The position numbers and the translations under genes are program-made. Of a stretch of 34,082 bases of DNA, positions 1 through 7,415 are shown in pieces; position 1 is the first letter of the stretch, and the number at the start of each line of letters is the position of its first letter. The DNA is taken from NCBI GenBank assembly GCA_021733705.1, contig JAIPKF010000001.1:1-34082 (forward strand), read 5' to 3'. The DNA comes from Chthoniobacterales bacterium (GTDB taxonomy: Bacteria; Verrucomicrobiota; Verrucomicrobiia; Chthoniobacterales; UBA6821). Below the pieces are notes generated by a model. The model searched no databases and had not been told where the DNA came from. It saw nothing but the letters and a program-made list of their open reading frames with translations.

Positions 1-2
1 TT

Positions 3-323
3 CCCGAACTTCTTACATCACATCACCTCTATATTGGAAAAGCTGGAGGAGCTATTGTTCATGAAGCTATGGCGGCAAAGTGTCCTCTTTTAATCAGCCA
101 TGTCGTTCCTGGACAAGAAGAGGGGAACATAGAACTTATTGAACGTCATGATATTGGTCGCTTGGCTGCCCATTATCCTGAAACCATTGCAGCTTCTGTA
201 GAGGAAGTGTTTTCTCAGGAGGCAGAAACATGGAGACGGTGGAAGGAACATTTGAAAGCTTTGGCTACCTCCTCCGCAACCCAAAAAATAGCAAAATTTA
301 TTTTGAATAAGATAAGCAGTTAA
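3..323 (+). CDS. Glycosyltransferase, GT28/MGDG-synthase (UgtP-like) family, C-terminal fragment; the 5' end lies outside the window
   Basis: Frame 3 is open from the window edge. The translation ...LYIGKAGGAIVHEAMAAKCPLLISHVVPGQEEGNIELI... matches the C-terminal sugar-nucleotide-binding half of this family (GKxGG and PGQEEGN motifs). Confidence 0.6.
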   Translation, partial: PELLTSHHLYIGKAGGAIVHEAMAAKCPLLISHVVPGQEEGNIELIERHDIGRLAAHYPETIAASVEEVFSQEAETWRRWKEHLKALATSSATQKIAKFILNKISS

Positions 324-338
324 TAATGGCCTTGATGC

Positions 339-1421
339 ATGAGCTCATCAAAAAGAAAGAGCCTCTCCTTGCATTTTCTCTCTTTTAATGTAGTTTATAC
401 AACTATGAGCTATCCAAAGCCTTCTCTTTTGAATAAAACTATTCTCTTTTTTGTTGTTTGGATTCCTATTCTTGCAACAGTTTTGGGAATTTACTTCCTT
501 TGGAATCATATGGTTAATATGAGTTCCCTCCTTGTCATGCTAGTCATGTTTATTTTGGGAGGCTTCGGCATTACTATTGGCTACCATCGCATGCTTACCC
601 ACAAAAGTTTTCAAGCACCTGAGTGGGTTAGGGCATTTTTCTTAATTACGGGATCGATGACTCTTCAAGGACCAGCTCTTAATTGGGCAGCCACCCATAT
701 TCAACACCATGCCAACTCGGATATGGAGGATGATCCTCATAGTCCTCTCAAGAGTTTTTTTCATGCCCACGTCGGATGGATTTTAGATGATTTTCAACCC
801 AATATTGAAAAATATGCCAAGCCGCTTCTCAAAGATCCACTGATTGTTTTTATCAGTAAAACTTTTTTTGTTTGGGTTGCCTTGGGCTTTCTCGTCCCCA
901 CTGTTGTTTGTGGTTGGATTCAATCCCTTCATGGAGGAGGTCTTCACGGTTTTGAAATAGGTGCCTTACAAGGATTTTTCTGGGGTGGCCTCGTGAGGGT
1001 TTTTCTAAATCATCATGTAACTTGGTCGGTCAACTCTATCTGTCACACATTTGGTGGTCGTGATTTTGAAACGACCGACGTGAGTCGTAATAATTTTATT
1101 TTCGGAATTCTTGCAATGGGTGAAGGATGGCATAACAACCACCATGCTTTTCCTCGCTCTGCTTTTCATGGGATGAAATGGTGGCAAATTGATCCTTCTG
1201 CTTATGTCATTCGACTTTTGGAAAAATGCGGCCTCGCTCATGATGTTGTTCGTATCTCTTCGGAACGTTTGGAAAAACGTCGCAAGCATGGTATTGGCTC
1301 TACTGAGGGAGATCTACTTCCAGGACTTTTACTCACGCCTGAACACGCTACCGCAATGGCAGCAGCAACAACCGTAGTAAGCGCTGTAGCTCAAGTAGCA
1401 TCGAATAATTCATCGATATAA
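339..1421 (+). CDS. Membrane fatty-acid (acyl-CoA/acyl-lipid) delta-9 desaturase
   Basis: Three histidine boxes are present (HRMLTHKSF, HIQHHANSD, EGWHNNHHAFP) along with N-terminal TM helices. An alternative ATG start lies at 405 (MSYPKPSLL...). Confidence 0.85.
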   Translation: MSSSKRKSLSLHFLSFNVVYTTMSYPKPSLLNKTILFFVVWIPILATVLGIYFLWNHMVNMSSLLVMLVMFILGGFGITIGYHRMLTHKSFQAPEWVRAFFLITGSMTLQGPALNWAATHIQHHANSDMEDDPHSPLKSFFHAHVGWILDDFQPNIEKYAKPLLKDPLIVFISKTFFVWVALGFLVPTVVCGWIQSLHGGGLHGFEIGALQGFFWGGLVRVFLNHHVTWSVNSICHTFGGRDFETTDVSRNNFIFGILAMGEGWHNNHHAFPRSAFHGMKWWQIDPSAYVIRLLEKCGLAHDVVRISSERLEKRRKHGIGSTEGDLLPGLLLTPEHATAMAAATTVVSAVAQVASNNSSI

Positions 1422-1524
1422 TTCCATTGATGGTGAGGCTGTTGTTAGATCTTACTCCACCCTAGTTTTCTTCAGGTAGCTCCATAGTTTTTAGCATTGT
1501 CCTAAGAAAAAAACAGACCTTCTG

Positions 1525-2445
1525 ATGAAGAGAGATCTTGATCATAACAATGAACCTGGAATTCTTAAATACCCAAAAGGGTTAACCCGGATATTTCATA
1601 CCGATTCTGCTGCGGCTTGCGAACACCTGATGGATACTGCGTCAGCTTTGAATTGCTCCTCAGGCAGTGTGTACACACACAGCCGTCGTCAGACTTCATC
1701 GCTCGCCTTGCCCCATCAGCCTTCGCGGCCTCCTCGTCACGATCAGTATGAAATATCCGGGTTAGCCCGCATATTTCATACCGATCTACTGCAGAGGCCG
1801 GGAAGCCAGATAGATGCTGCGTTGATCTCGAAGTCTTCCTCGGGCAGTGTGTACACACACAGCCGTCGTCAGACTTCATTGCTCGCCTTGCCCCATCAGC
1901 CTTCGCAGCCTCCTCGTCACGATCAGTATGAAATATCCGGGCTAGGCATTGCATGTATTGCCTTATCAACAGTATTATTCCTAACTAGCTGTGCTCATCG
2001 ACTCCCCACTTACGAAAAGCCGCTTGCACGTGCAGCTCTTCAGAAAGTCCGCACCACTGCATATACTCACTCCGAGAGTGGCCACCATCGTTATGGAGCT
2101 CGCTCGGCCCTCGGAACACCCTTGAAATATGGAGCTGCGAACAGTGCAGCCGCTGATTGGGCTCGCTGGCCAGCAGGAACTCGTTTTCGTATCAAAGCAA
2201 CAGGCGAAAATTTTATTGTTGATGATTATGGTTTTGCACTTGCAGGGACAAATACTATTGATCTTTATAAACCAACACCTAAAGGCATGTCTGAGTGGGG
2301 AGTGCGCCGTGTTACAATTGAAATCATAGAATGGGGTGATCCGTGGCGTAGTTATATGCTTCTCTCGAAAGTGAAAGGCTATCGCCATATCCATCGTATG
2401 CTTCAGGAAATTAGAAAGTTTTTTCCTCAAGAGAAATCGGCTTAA
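1525..2445 (+). CDS. 3D-domain (MltA-like, Asp-Asp-Asp domain) lipoprotein; codons ~20-139 are two in-frame repeat-element copies
   Basis: The C-terminal 165 aa carry a lipobox (LFLTSC) followed by a 3D-domain pattern (TAYTHSE...AADWARWPAGTRFRI...IVDDYGFALAGTNTIDLY...WGVRRVTIEII). No in-frame ATG/GTG/TTG lies between the repeats and the hydrophobic core, so translation must start at 1525 or at ATG 1630 inside copy 1. Confidence 0.6.
   Translation: MKRDLDHNNEPGILKYPKGLTRIFHTDSAAACEHLMDTASALNCSSGSVYTHSRRQTSSLALPHQPSRPPRHDQYEISGLARIFHTDLLQRPGSQIDAALISKSSSGSVYTHSRRQTSLLALPHQPSQPPRHDQYEISGLGIACIALSTVLFLTSCAHRLPTYEKPLARAALQKVRTTAYTHSESGHHRYGARSALGTPLKYGAANSAAADWARWPAGTRFRIKATGENFIVDDYGFALAGTNTIDLYKPTPKGMSEWGVRRVTIEIIEWGDPWRSYMLLSKVKGYRHIHRMLQEIRKFFPQEKSA
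1583..1764 (+). mobile_element. MITE-like element, family A, copy 1 (tandem with copy 2)
   Basis: It runs TA-ACCCGGATATTTCATACCGAT...GATCAGTATGAAATATCCGGGT-TA. It has ~16-20-bp terminal inverted repeats and a central palindrome (GGCAGTGTGTACACACACAGCC flanked by GAAGTCT/AGACTTC). The unit is 180 bp counted TA to TA. Confidence 0.85.
1763..1944 (+). mobile_element. MITE-like element, family A, copy 2
   Basis: It starts TA-GCCCGCATATTTCATACCGAT and ends GTATGAAATATCCGGGC-TA. It shares its left TA with copy 1 and lies exactly 180 bp out of register with it (lines 1741 and 1921 both begin gatcagtatg). Confidence 0.85.
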
Positions 2446-2625
2446 CCCGCATATTTCATGCTGATCATCTGCGGAGGCCGGGAAGCCAGATGGATGCTGC
2501 GTTGATCTCGAAGTCTTCCTCGGACAGTATGTACACATACAGCCCTGCATCAAAATGCTCGTCTGCCTTACCCCATCAGCCTTCGCGGTCTCCTTCGTCA
2601 CGATCAGTATGAAATATCCGGGCTA
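2443..2625 (+). mobile_element. MITE-like element, family A, copy 3
   Basis: It has the same ends and internal sequence as copies 1 and 2. Its left TAA (2443-2445) is the stop codon of the 3D-domain ORF. Confidence 0.85.
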
Positions 2626-2646
2626 ATTCGGATATTTCACACTAAT
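2624..2646 (+). repeat. Solo left terminal repeat of family B (TAATTCGGATATTTCACACTAA)
   Basis: It matches the first ~22 nt of the family B copies at 14890 and 34004 and abuts the right end of the preceding A copy. Confidence 0.6.
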
Positions 2647-2748
2647 AAAATGCAATACTAGTCTCTTTTTTCTTTAAGCTTTAACGAGAGTAGCGCTAAC
2701 CTAAACGTTTGATTTGCTGCAACCATTGCTAGCATCAACACAACATTT

Positions 2749-4893
2749 TTGAGCGCTCCTTTTTCACAAAAAACCATTTTGAAAAATAGTTTTTATATAA
2801 TCTCATCTAAATTGCAAATGATCTGTTATTGGATCTTTATACTTGTATTTTTAGGAACAGCTCTATTAGCAGAAGAGTCCTATCCCCTTACGGAAAGCGC
2901 TCCTTCCATTGCTTCTGCCTACGATATCATTAATGAGACACGCTCTGAAATGGAGGCGAGCCGCATCCCATGGAGAACACCAACTTTTACAATTGTTGCT
3001 CAAAATCGTCCCATTGCAGATCTTCTTGTAGATTTCGGAAATCAACAGGGAATCCGTGTTCATGTGAGTCCTCTTGTAAGAGGTGAAATGAGTGGAAGCT
3101 TTATCGATCAATCGCCACCCTCCTTTCTAGCGCAGGTTTCCAAAGCCTATGGCCTGAGTTGGTTTTATGTGAATGGCCTTCTTTACATTGCGAGCAATCA
3201 AGAAGTGAATCTCATCGTAAAGCCACTTCGTTATGTTAAAGCCGATGCAGCCCTTGGAATGCTAAGCACAAGTGGTTTTATTTCCTCAGATGGACGTGTT
3301 GAAAAAATCAAAGATTCTGGAATGGTCACTCTTTCAGGGATTCCAAAATATATTGAACTAACGCAGCAGCTACTCAATTCCATGGATAATGAAACACAAT
3401 TTCATGATAATGGAGAAACCATTATCGAGGTCTTTCCTCTGAATAATGCTTGGGCTTACGATGTCAATGTGGGTGGCCCTGCGGGAGCTACAGTACGTGG
3501 GGTTGCAACCACACTAAGGCAGCTGATTTGGGGTTTTGGAGTAACAGTTGGTCAAGGTGGAGGAAACAATGCTGTGGGAAGATCAGCCAATGGTGCAGTC
3601 AATAAAATGGGTCAACCTAATCAAATGGCAGTACCAAATCAAACAACTGGTATCCTGCCTCCTACTTCACAACAAGGACTTCAGGGGCCTTCAGGAATCA
3701 ATGGGGAGACCGCTGATGGAGTTCCTCCATCCTCCGAAAGTCCGATGCTTCCTAAAAACCCAAGCGGGGGACCTGGATCGGATTGGACTTATGCTATGAT
3801 CACTGCGGATGTCAGGCGTAATGCAGTCGTTATTCGTGATATTCGTGCAAACATGCCTCTCTATGAGGCTGCTATTCGCAAGCTGGATGTACCTGTGCGC
3901 ATTATAGAAATCTCTGCAGCTATTGTTGACTTAGAATTGGGAGCCTCGCGTACCTTAGGTCTCAATAAGCTGGGAGTCAATTCAGGGACATGGACAAGTG
4001 GTACAAATACCGTGACTCTTGGCGGAGTAGCTCAATCAGCACCCCTTTCTCCTCCAGCAAATTTAGGTCTGAGCGGCGTTTTTGGGACTGCTGCTGTCAC
4101 TGCGGCTATTAACGCACTTAGCGCAGAAAACAAAGCGAAGGTACTCTCGCGGCCAACAATTTTGACCCTCGATAATTTTGGAGCGATGATCAACAATCAG
4201 GAAACTTTTTATGTTAATTCGGTCGGACAGTATGTCAGTAATTTATATAATGTAAGTGTCGGATTGAGTCTCCAGGTCGTTCCCCACGTGACCTTTCATC
4301 ATGGGGAAACTCGTATTTATCTCCAGGTACAAATTCAAGATGGGAAATCAACGCCGCAGTCAGCAGGTGCATTGCCGACCGTTGATGAGTCTTTGCTCAC
4401 AACACAGTCGGTTGTTCGTGAGGATCAAAGCCTCCTGATCGGCGGGCTTTACAAAAAAGTGAATCGTAAAGATGCTGGTGGCTATCCATGGCTTTATAAG
4501 CTTCCTGTGGTCGGTTATCTCTTTGGGGTTAAATCGGGTGCAAGGGAAGTTGTCGAGCGTATCTTTGTAATTACCCCTCGGATTGTAGAGGTGAATTCCA
4601 AAAACCTAGGAGATTACAGCGAATATTTTAAACCTTCTCCTACTGTTGAAAATGCTATTGAAACAGGAAAAATGAGCGATGTTCTCCCGCCATTTTCTCC
4701 TCTTCCAACTGCAACAAATACCCCTGTAACACTCATCAGTAGCGATAGCACAAAAAATTCTTCTTCTAAGAATCGTTCTAAGAAAAAACAACATCCCAAA
4801 ACAACAGTCTCTTCTTCCCCTCCTGTACAACAGCACAAAAACGATACCAACAAGGATTTTGCGTTACCAGCAGCTCTTTCGTTGGATGATTAG
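2749..4893 (+). CDS. Secretin, type III secretion SctC (YscC/InvG)-like
   Basis: The N-terminal module FTIVAQNRPIADLLVDFGNQQGIRVHVSPLVRGEMSGSFIDQSPPSFLAQVSKAYGLSWFYVNGLLYIASNQEV and VTLSGIPKYIELTQQLL resemble the SctC N0 signature (GxF..P..FL...GL.WYYDG..LYI). The C-terminal secretin domain reads KVLSRPTILTLDNFGAMINNQETFYV...LQVVPHV...LLIGGL...PVVGYLFG...ERIFVITPRIV. 2749 is a TTG start; an alternative ATG is at 2818 (MICYWIFILVFLG...). Confidence 0.8.
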   Translation: MSAPFSQKTILKNSFYIISSKLQMICYWIFILVFLGTALLAEESYPLTESAPSIASAYDIINETRSEMEASRIPWRTPTFTIVAQNRPIADLLVDFGNQQGIRVHVSPLVRGEMSGSFIDQSPPSFLAQVSKAYGLSWFYVNGLLYIASNQEVNLIVKPLRYVKADAALGMLSTSGFISSDGRVEKIKDSGMVTLSGIPKYIELTQQLLNSMDNETQFHDNGETIIEVFPLNNAWAYDVNVGGPAGATVRGVATTLRQLIWGFGVTVGQGGGNNAVGRSANGAVNKMGQPNQMAVPNQTTGILPPTSQQGLQGPSGINGETADGVPPSSESPMLPKNPSGGPGSDWTYAMITADVRRNAVVIRDIRANMPLYEAAIRKLDVPVRIIEISAAIVDLELGASRTLGLNKLGVNSGTWTSGTNTVTLGGVAQSAPLSPPANLGLSGVFGTAAVTAAINALSAENKAKVLSRPTILTLDNFGAMINNQETFYVNSVGQYVSNLYNVSVGLSLQVVPHVTFHHGETRIYLQVQIQDGKSTPQSAGALPTVDESLLTTQSVVREDQSLLIGGLYKKVNRKDAGGYPWLYKLPVVGYLFGVKSGAREVVERIFVITPRIVEVNSKNLGDYSEYFKPSPTVENAIETGKMSDVLPPFSPLPTATNTPVTLISSDSTKNSSSKNRSKKKQHPKTTVSSSPPVQQHKNDTNKDFALPAALSLDD

Positions 4894-5077
4894 CCCGCAT
4901 ATTTCATACCGATTTTGCTGCGGTTTGTGGAAAGCTCATCATTACTACGCTGGTCTCGAATTATTATTGAGGTGGGCGGCAGGGACTCCTACAGCCCGGC
5001 ATCACAATCCTTCACCCGCCTTACCCCATCAGCCTTCACGGCTCCCTCGTTACGATCAGCATGAAATATCCGGGCTA
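4891..5077 (+). mobile_element. MITE-like element, chimeric (family B core, family A right arm)
   Basis: The left end is TA-GCCCGCATATTTCATACCGATTTTGCTGCGG. The interior GTGGAAAGCTCATCATTAC...CAGCCCGGCATCACAATCCTTC is B-type. The right arm CCCCATCAGCCTTCACGGCTCCCTCGTTACGATCAGCATGAAATATCCGGGC-TA is A-type. Its TAG (4891-4893) is the secretin stop codon. Confidence 0.8.
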
Positions 5078-5116
5078 GGTAAGACCAAAATGACGGCAAG
5101 AGAAATATTCAGTTTT

Positions 5117-5154
5117 AAAAAAAGGAGGGAATTTCTCCCTCCTATGATTTTTTT
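5117..5154. terminator. Bidirectional rho-independent terminator between convergent genes
   Basis: An A7 run precedes an 8-bp perfect stem AGGAGGGA (5123-5130) / TCCTCCCT-complement TCCCTCCT (5136-5143) with a 5-nt loop, followed by a T7 run (5148-5154). It lies 23 nt past the minus-strand stop at 5166. Confidence 0.7.
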
Positions 5155-5165
5155 ATCAACTAACA

Positions 5166-7016
5166 CTACTGTGGCTTTTCTTGTTCCTCAAAATATTTCA
5201 AGTCAGATGCCGTCGTTAGACCAGAGTTCAACAAAATATAATAAGCATTGGTAATACCTCTTGCCCATGCAAGTTCTTGAACGCTATGTTGAACTGTTAT
5301 CGTGATCCATTTTGAATTTTTGAGAAGATTAAGCATCTCTCCTACGGCGGCTTCCACAACGAAAGCAGAACCTTCAGTGAGCACCATAGTAGCCGCAGTA
5401 GAGGCAAAAACGAACCCTAAATTCCAAAAGTCAGCTTTTTTTATTGGAGCTACTGTTGCTTGACCTGTTTCTCCCATAACGAGAACAACACTCAAAATAC
5501 CATTTACAATATTTCGTTGGAGTGTAAAAGGGCGCAGTATTTCATTAAGTGAGATGAACTCACCTGTTTCCAAACGTTTTATGCCAATAGCTAAAGCAGC
5601 TTCAAGACCATAGGCTGTTGTTTGAGCAATGAATACATTTTCAAATGACTGAAGAAGTAAGGAACTCTTAGGGGAGTTTGAGGCAGCTCCTAACAAAATT
5701 GGATCTTTGTTAAGGTTATCAACAGACGCCAATGAGCATACTCTTAAACCAATAATTCTACTACCACGGGAGGCAGGAAAAGATTTTTTGTTGGCATTGG
5801 TGCTTAATAATTGATCACTAGCCTCTTCAAATGACCCTCCAGGAGCGATCATTTCCTCCCCTTGTGGCGTTACTACAGAATCACTAGTCCACTCTCTTAC
5901 ATTTCCTCCTTGATCATAGGTTTTATAGGAGCTGGGTGAATCAGTAAAAAAACCAACAGGTGTTTTAAAATAATATTCAAGTTTTTCAATAGGAATGGTT
6001 TCATCAGCAAATAAGTGCTTCTGTTCATAGCATTGATCTATGTAATATCTTTTATAATTACAAAAGATTTTTGCAAAGTTAGCTCCAGTTTTATTATTAT
6101 AGGGATTCGGATTCCTTAGGGGATCAGGGATTATTGATTGAAAGGGTAATTCATTGCTTTGAGTAGGATATAACGAGTAATGGGCATGAGTTGTTCCTGC
6201 GTGATGGTAGGCCGCCTTGTACCACTGATTTAAACTAGGGAGAAAATAGCGGGCTCCCTCCATAAGCTCTCCATTTTTGCCATTCGTAAAATCATAGGCT
6301 CCAGTTTCTGTAATAGCTAAAAGCTTTTCACTTAGTTTATAATAGTCCAACGATGGGTCGTTTAGACATAAGTTTTTAAAATCTGGGGCCCCATGATTCA
6401 ACCAATTAATATAGCGCTTACAATCATCCAGACTTAATCCTGTCATAGGAAGCGAAGCAAAATAGTGCCCAGAAGGAGTCCCAAAGTTTTTTGGAAAAAA
6501 AAGCGTCACCTTATGACCTAGAAAATTGGTTTCATCAATTTTGGTTCTTTCAACATCGGTTATCCTAAACAAAGGAGCAGATCCTATACTTTCTTGAAAC
6601 ATCTCTTCATGATAAAGATGACGGGGGTCCTCTGAATTTCCTTCAACAACGTGCACAGCATTGAGAAAAGTTGTCCATTGTAAAACAGTTACAGGATATT
6701 TACCGATGTCGAATGCTTCTGTTACCGCTCCTAGTCCAGTAATTGGATCAGCCAGATTTCCAGCATCTCCCACAGAAATCATTTCTGGAATAACAGCAAG
6801 TGGTCCCGAAAATTCAACATCCACGGGATCAGTTTTTGGATCTATTTCCTGTGCATAGAGAGGAAAAGTAAATAGCAGCATCAAAAAAAGAGGGACGCTC
6901 CATAATGAAGTAACGATAGCGAGAGACTTTTGAAACAGGGTGGGAGGGTGTGCTATTTTTGTTCTTTCTACCTGGGAATTGAATTTAGGGGATGAATTTT
7001 GAGATAAAGGAGACAT
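5166..7016 (-). CDS. FGE-sulfatase/SUMF1-domain protein with N-terminal signal/anchor and an uncharacterised ~170-aa C-terminal extension
   Basis: Motifs typical of the formylglycine-generating-enzyme fold are present: VGDAGNLADPITGLGAV..FDIGKYPVTVLQWTTFLNAV, GGNVREWTSD, PGGSF and IIGLRVC. The N-terminal hydrophobic segment is LAIVTSLWSVPLFLMLLFTFPLYA. Confidence 0.7.
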   Translation of the reverse strand: MSPLSQNSSPKFNSQVERTKIAHPPTLFQKSLAIVTSLWSVPLFLMLLFTFPLYAQEIDPKTDPVDVEFSGPLAVIPEMISVGDAGNLADPITGLGAVTEAFDIGKYPVTVLQWTTFLNAVHVVEGNSEDPRHLYHEEMFQESIGSAPLFRITDVERTKIDETNFLGHKVTLFFPKNFGTPSGHYFASLPMTGLSLDDCKRYINWLNHGAPDFKNLCLNDPSLDYYKLSEKLLAITETGAYDFTNGKNGELMEGARYFLPSLNQWYKAAYHHAGTTHAHYSLYPTQSNELPFQSIIPDPLRNPNPYNNKTGANFAKIFCNYKRYYIDQCYEQKHLFADETIPIEKLEYYFKTPVGFFTDSPSSYKTYDQGGNVREWTSDSVVTPQGEEMIAPGGSFEEASDQLLSTNANKKSFPASRGSRIIGLRVCSLASVDNLNKDPILLGAASNSPKSSLLLQSFENVFIAQTTAYGLEAALAIGIKRLETGEFISLNEILRPFTLQRNIVNGILSVVLVMGETGQATVAPIKKADFWNLGFVFASTAATMVLTEGSAFVVEAAVGEMLNLLKNSKWITITVQHSVQELAWARGITNAYYILLNSGLTTASDLKYFEEQEKPQ

Positions 7017-7415
7017 TGTTTTTTTAAAAAAGGAGATTAGTAGTATGTTATTTTTTTAAGAAGATGCTCCATGACCACGGTCAGTGGAAAAAAATGCAGT
7101 TCTTAACAAGAGAGATCAGTATGAAGAAAGCTAGCATTCAGCTAGTAATCAATCTGATCTGTTGACCCAAAAAATAATTTTGATCAGTAGGGACGAATGG
7201 TTTCGAATTAAAACGAAGCCATTAAAGTTTAAAATCCCTATTTTTTAATAGGCGTTCAGTCGAACGCACTCACATTCGTTCGTAACCCAATAAGCCTGGA
7301 TTATGAAGAGCAAAACTCATGATGGAGACTACTAGAAAAAATAGTGGCAGTAGTATAAACATGAAAAATTCTTGGTTTGCTGGAAACAGCTGAAGGATCA
7401 TGCAAAAATATAAAA

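Noticed and set aside
1565-1969. A recurring 'protein family' appears in the ORF track with the peptides RIFHTD, PHQPSRPPRHDQYEISGL and DRDEEAAKADGARRAMKSDDGCVCTHC. The ORFs are 1565-1969(-), 1981-2601(-) in part, 4859-5254, 8631-8945, 12735-12935(-), 12754-12987, 12866-13063, 16662-16871(-), 20720-20905, 23589-23870 and 23698-24021.
   Set aside because: They are translations of the repeat elements in various frames and on both strands. They start and stop at arbitrary points, overlap one another and real genes, and have no independent coding signal. Only the read-through in the 1525-2445 ORF is treated as possibly translated.
1583-2646. The clustered direct repeats could be a CRISPR array.
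   Set aside because: The units are ~180 bp rather than 25-40 bp. They are internally palindromic with terminal inverted repeats and abut each other without unique spacers. They are dispersed around the window, and no cas genes are present.
2749-7016. This region could be a type III secretion or other secretion-system gene cluster.
   Set aside because: Only the secretin is present. No ATPase, export-gate, needle/pilus or inner-ring genes lie anywhere in the window, so I report an orphan secretin rather than a system.
7113-7136. GATCAGTATGAAGAAAGCTAGC resembles the right terminal repeat (GATCAGTATGAAATATCCGGGCTAG).
   Set aside because: Only ~12 contiguous matching bases are present, the rest is divergent, and there is no adjoining element interior. 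This is too weak to call a remnant.
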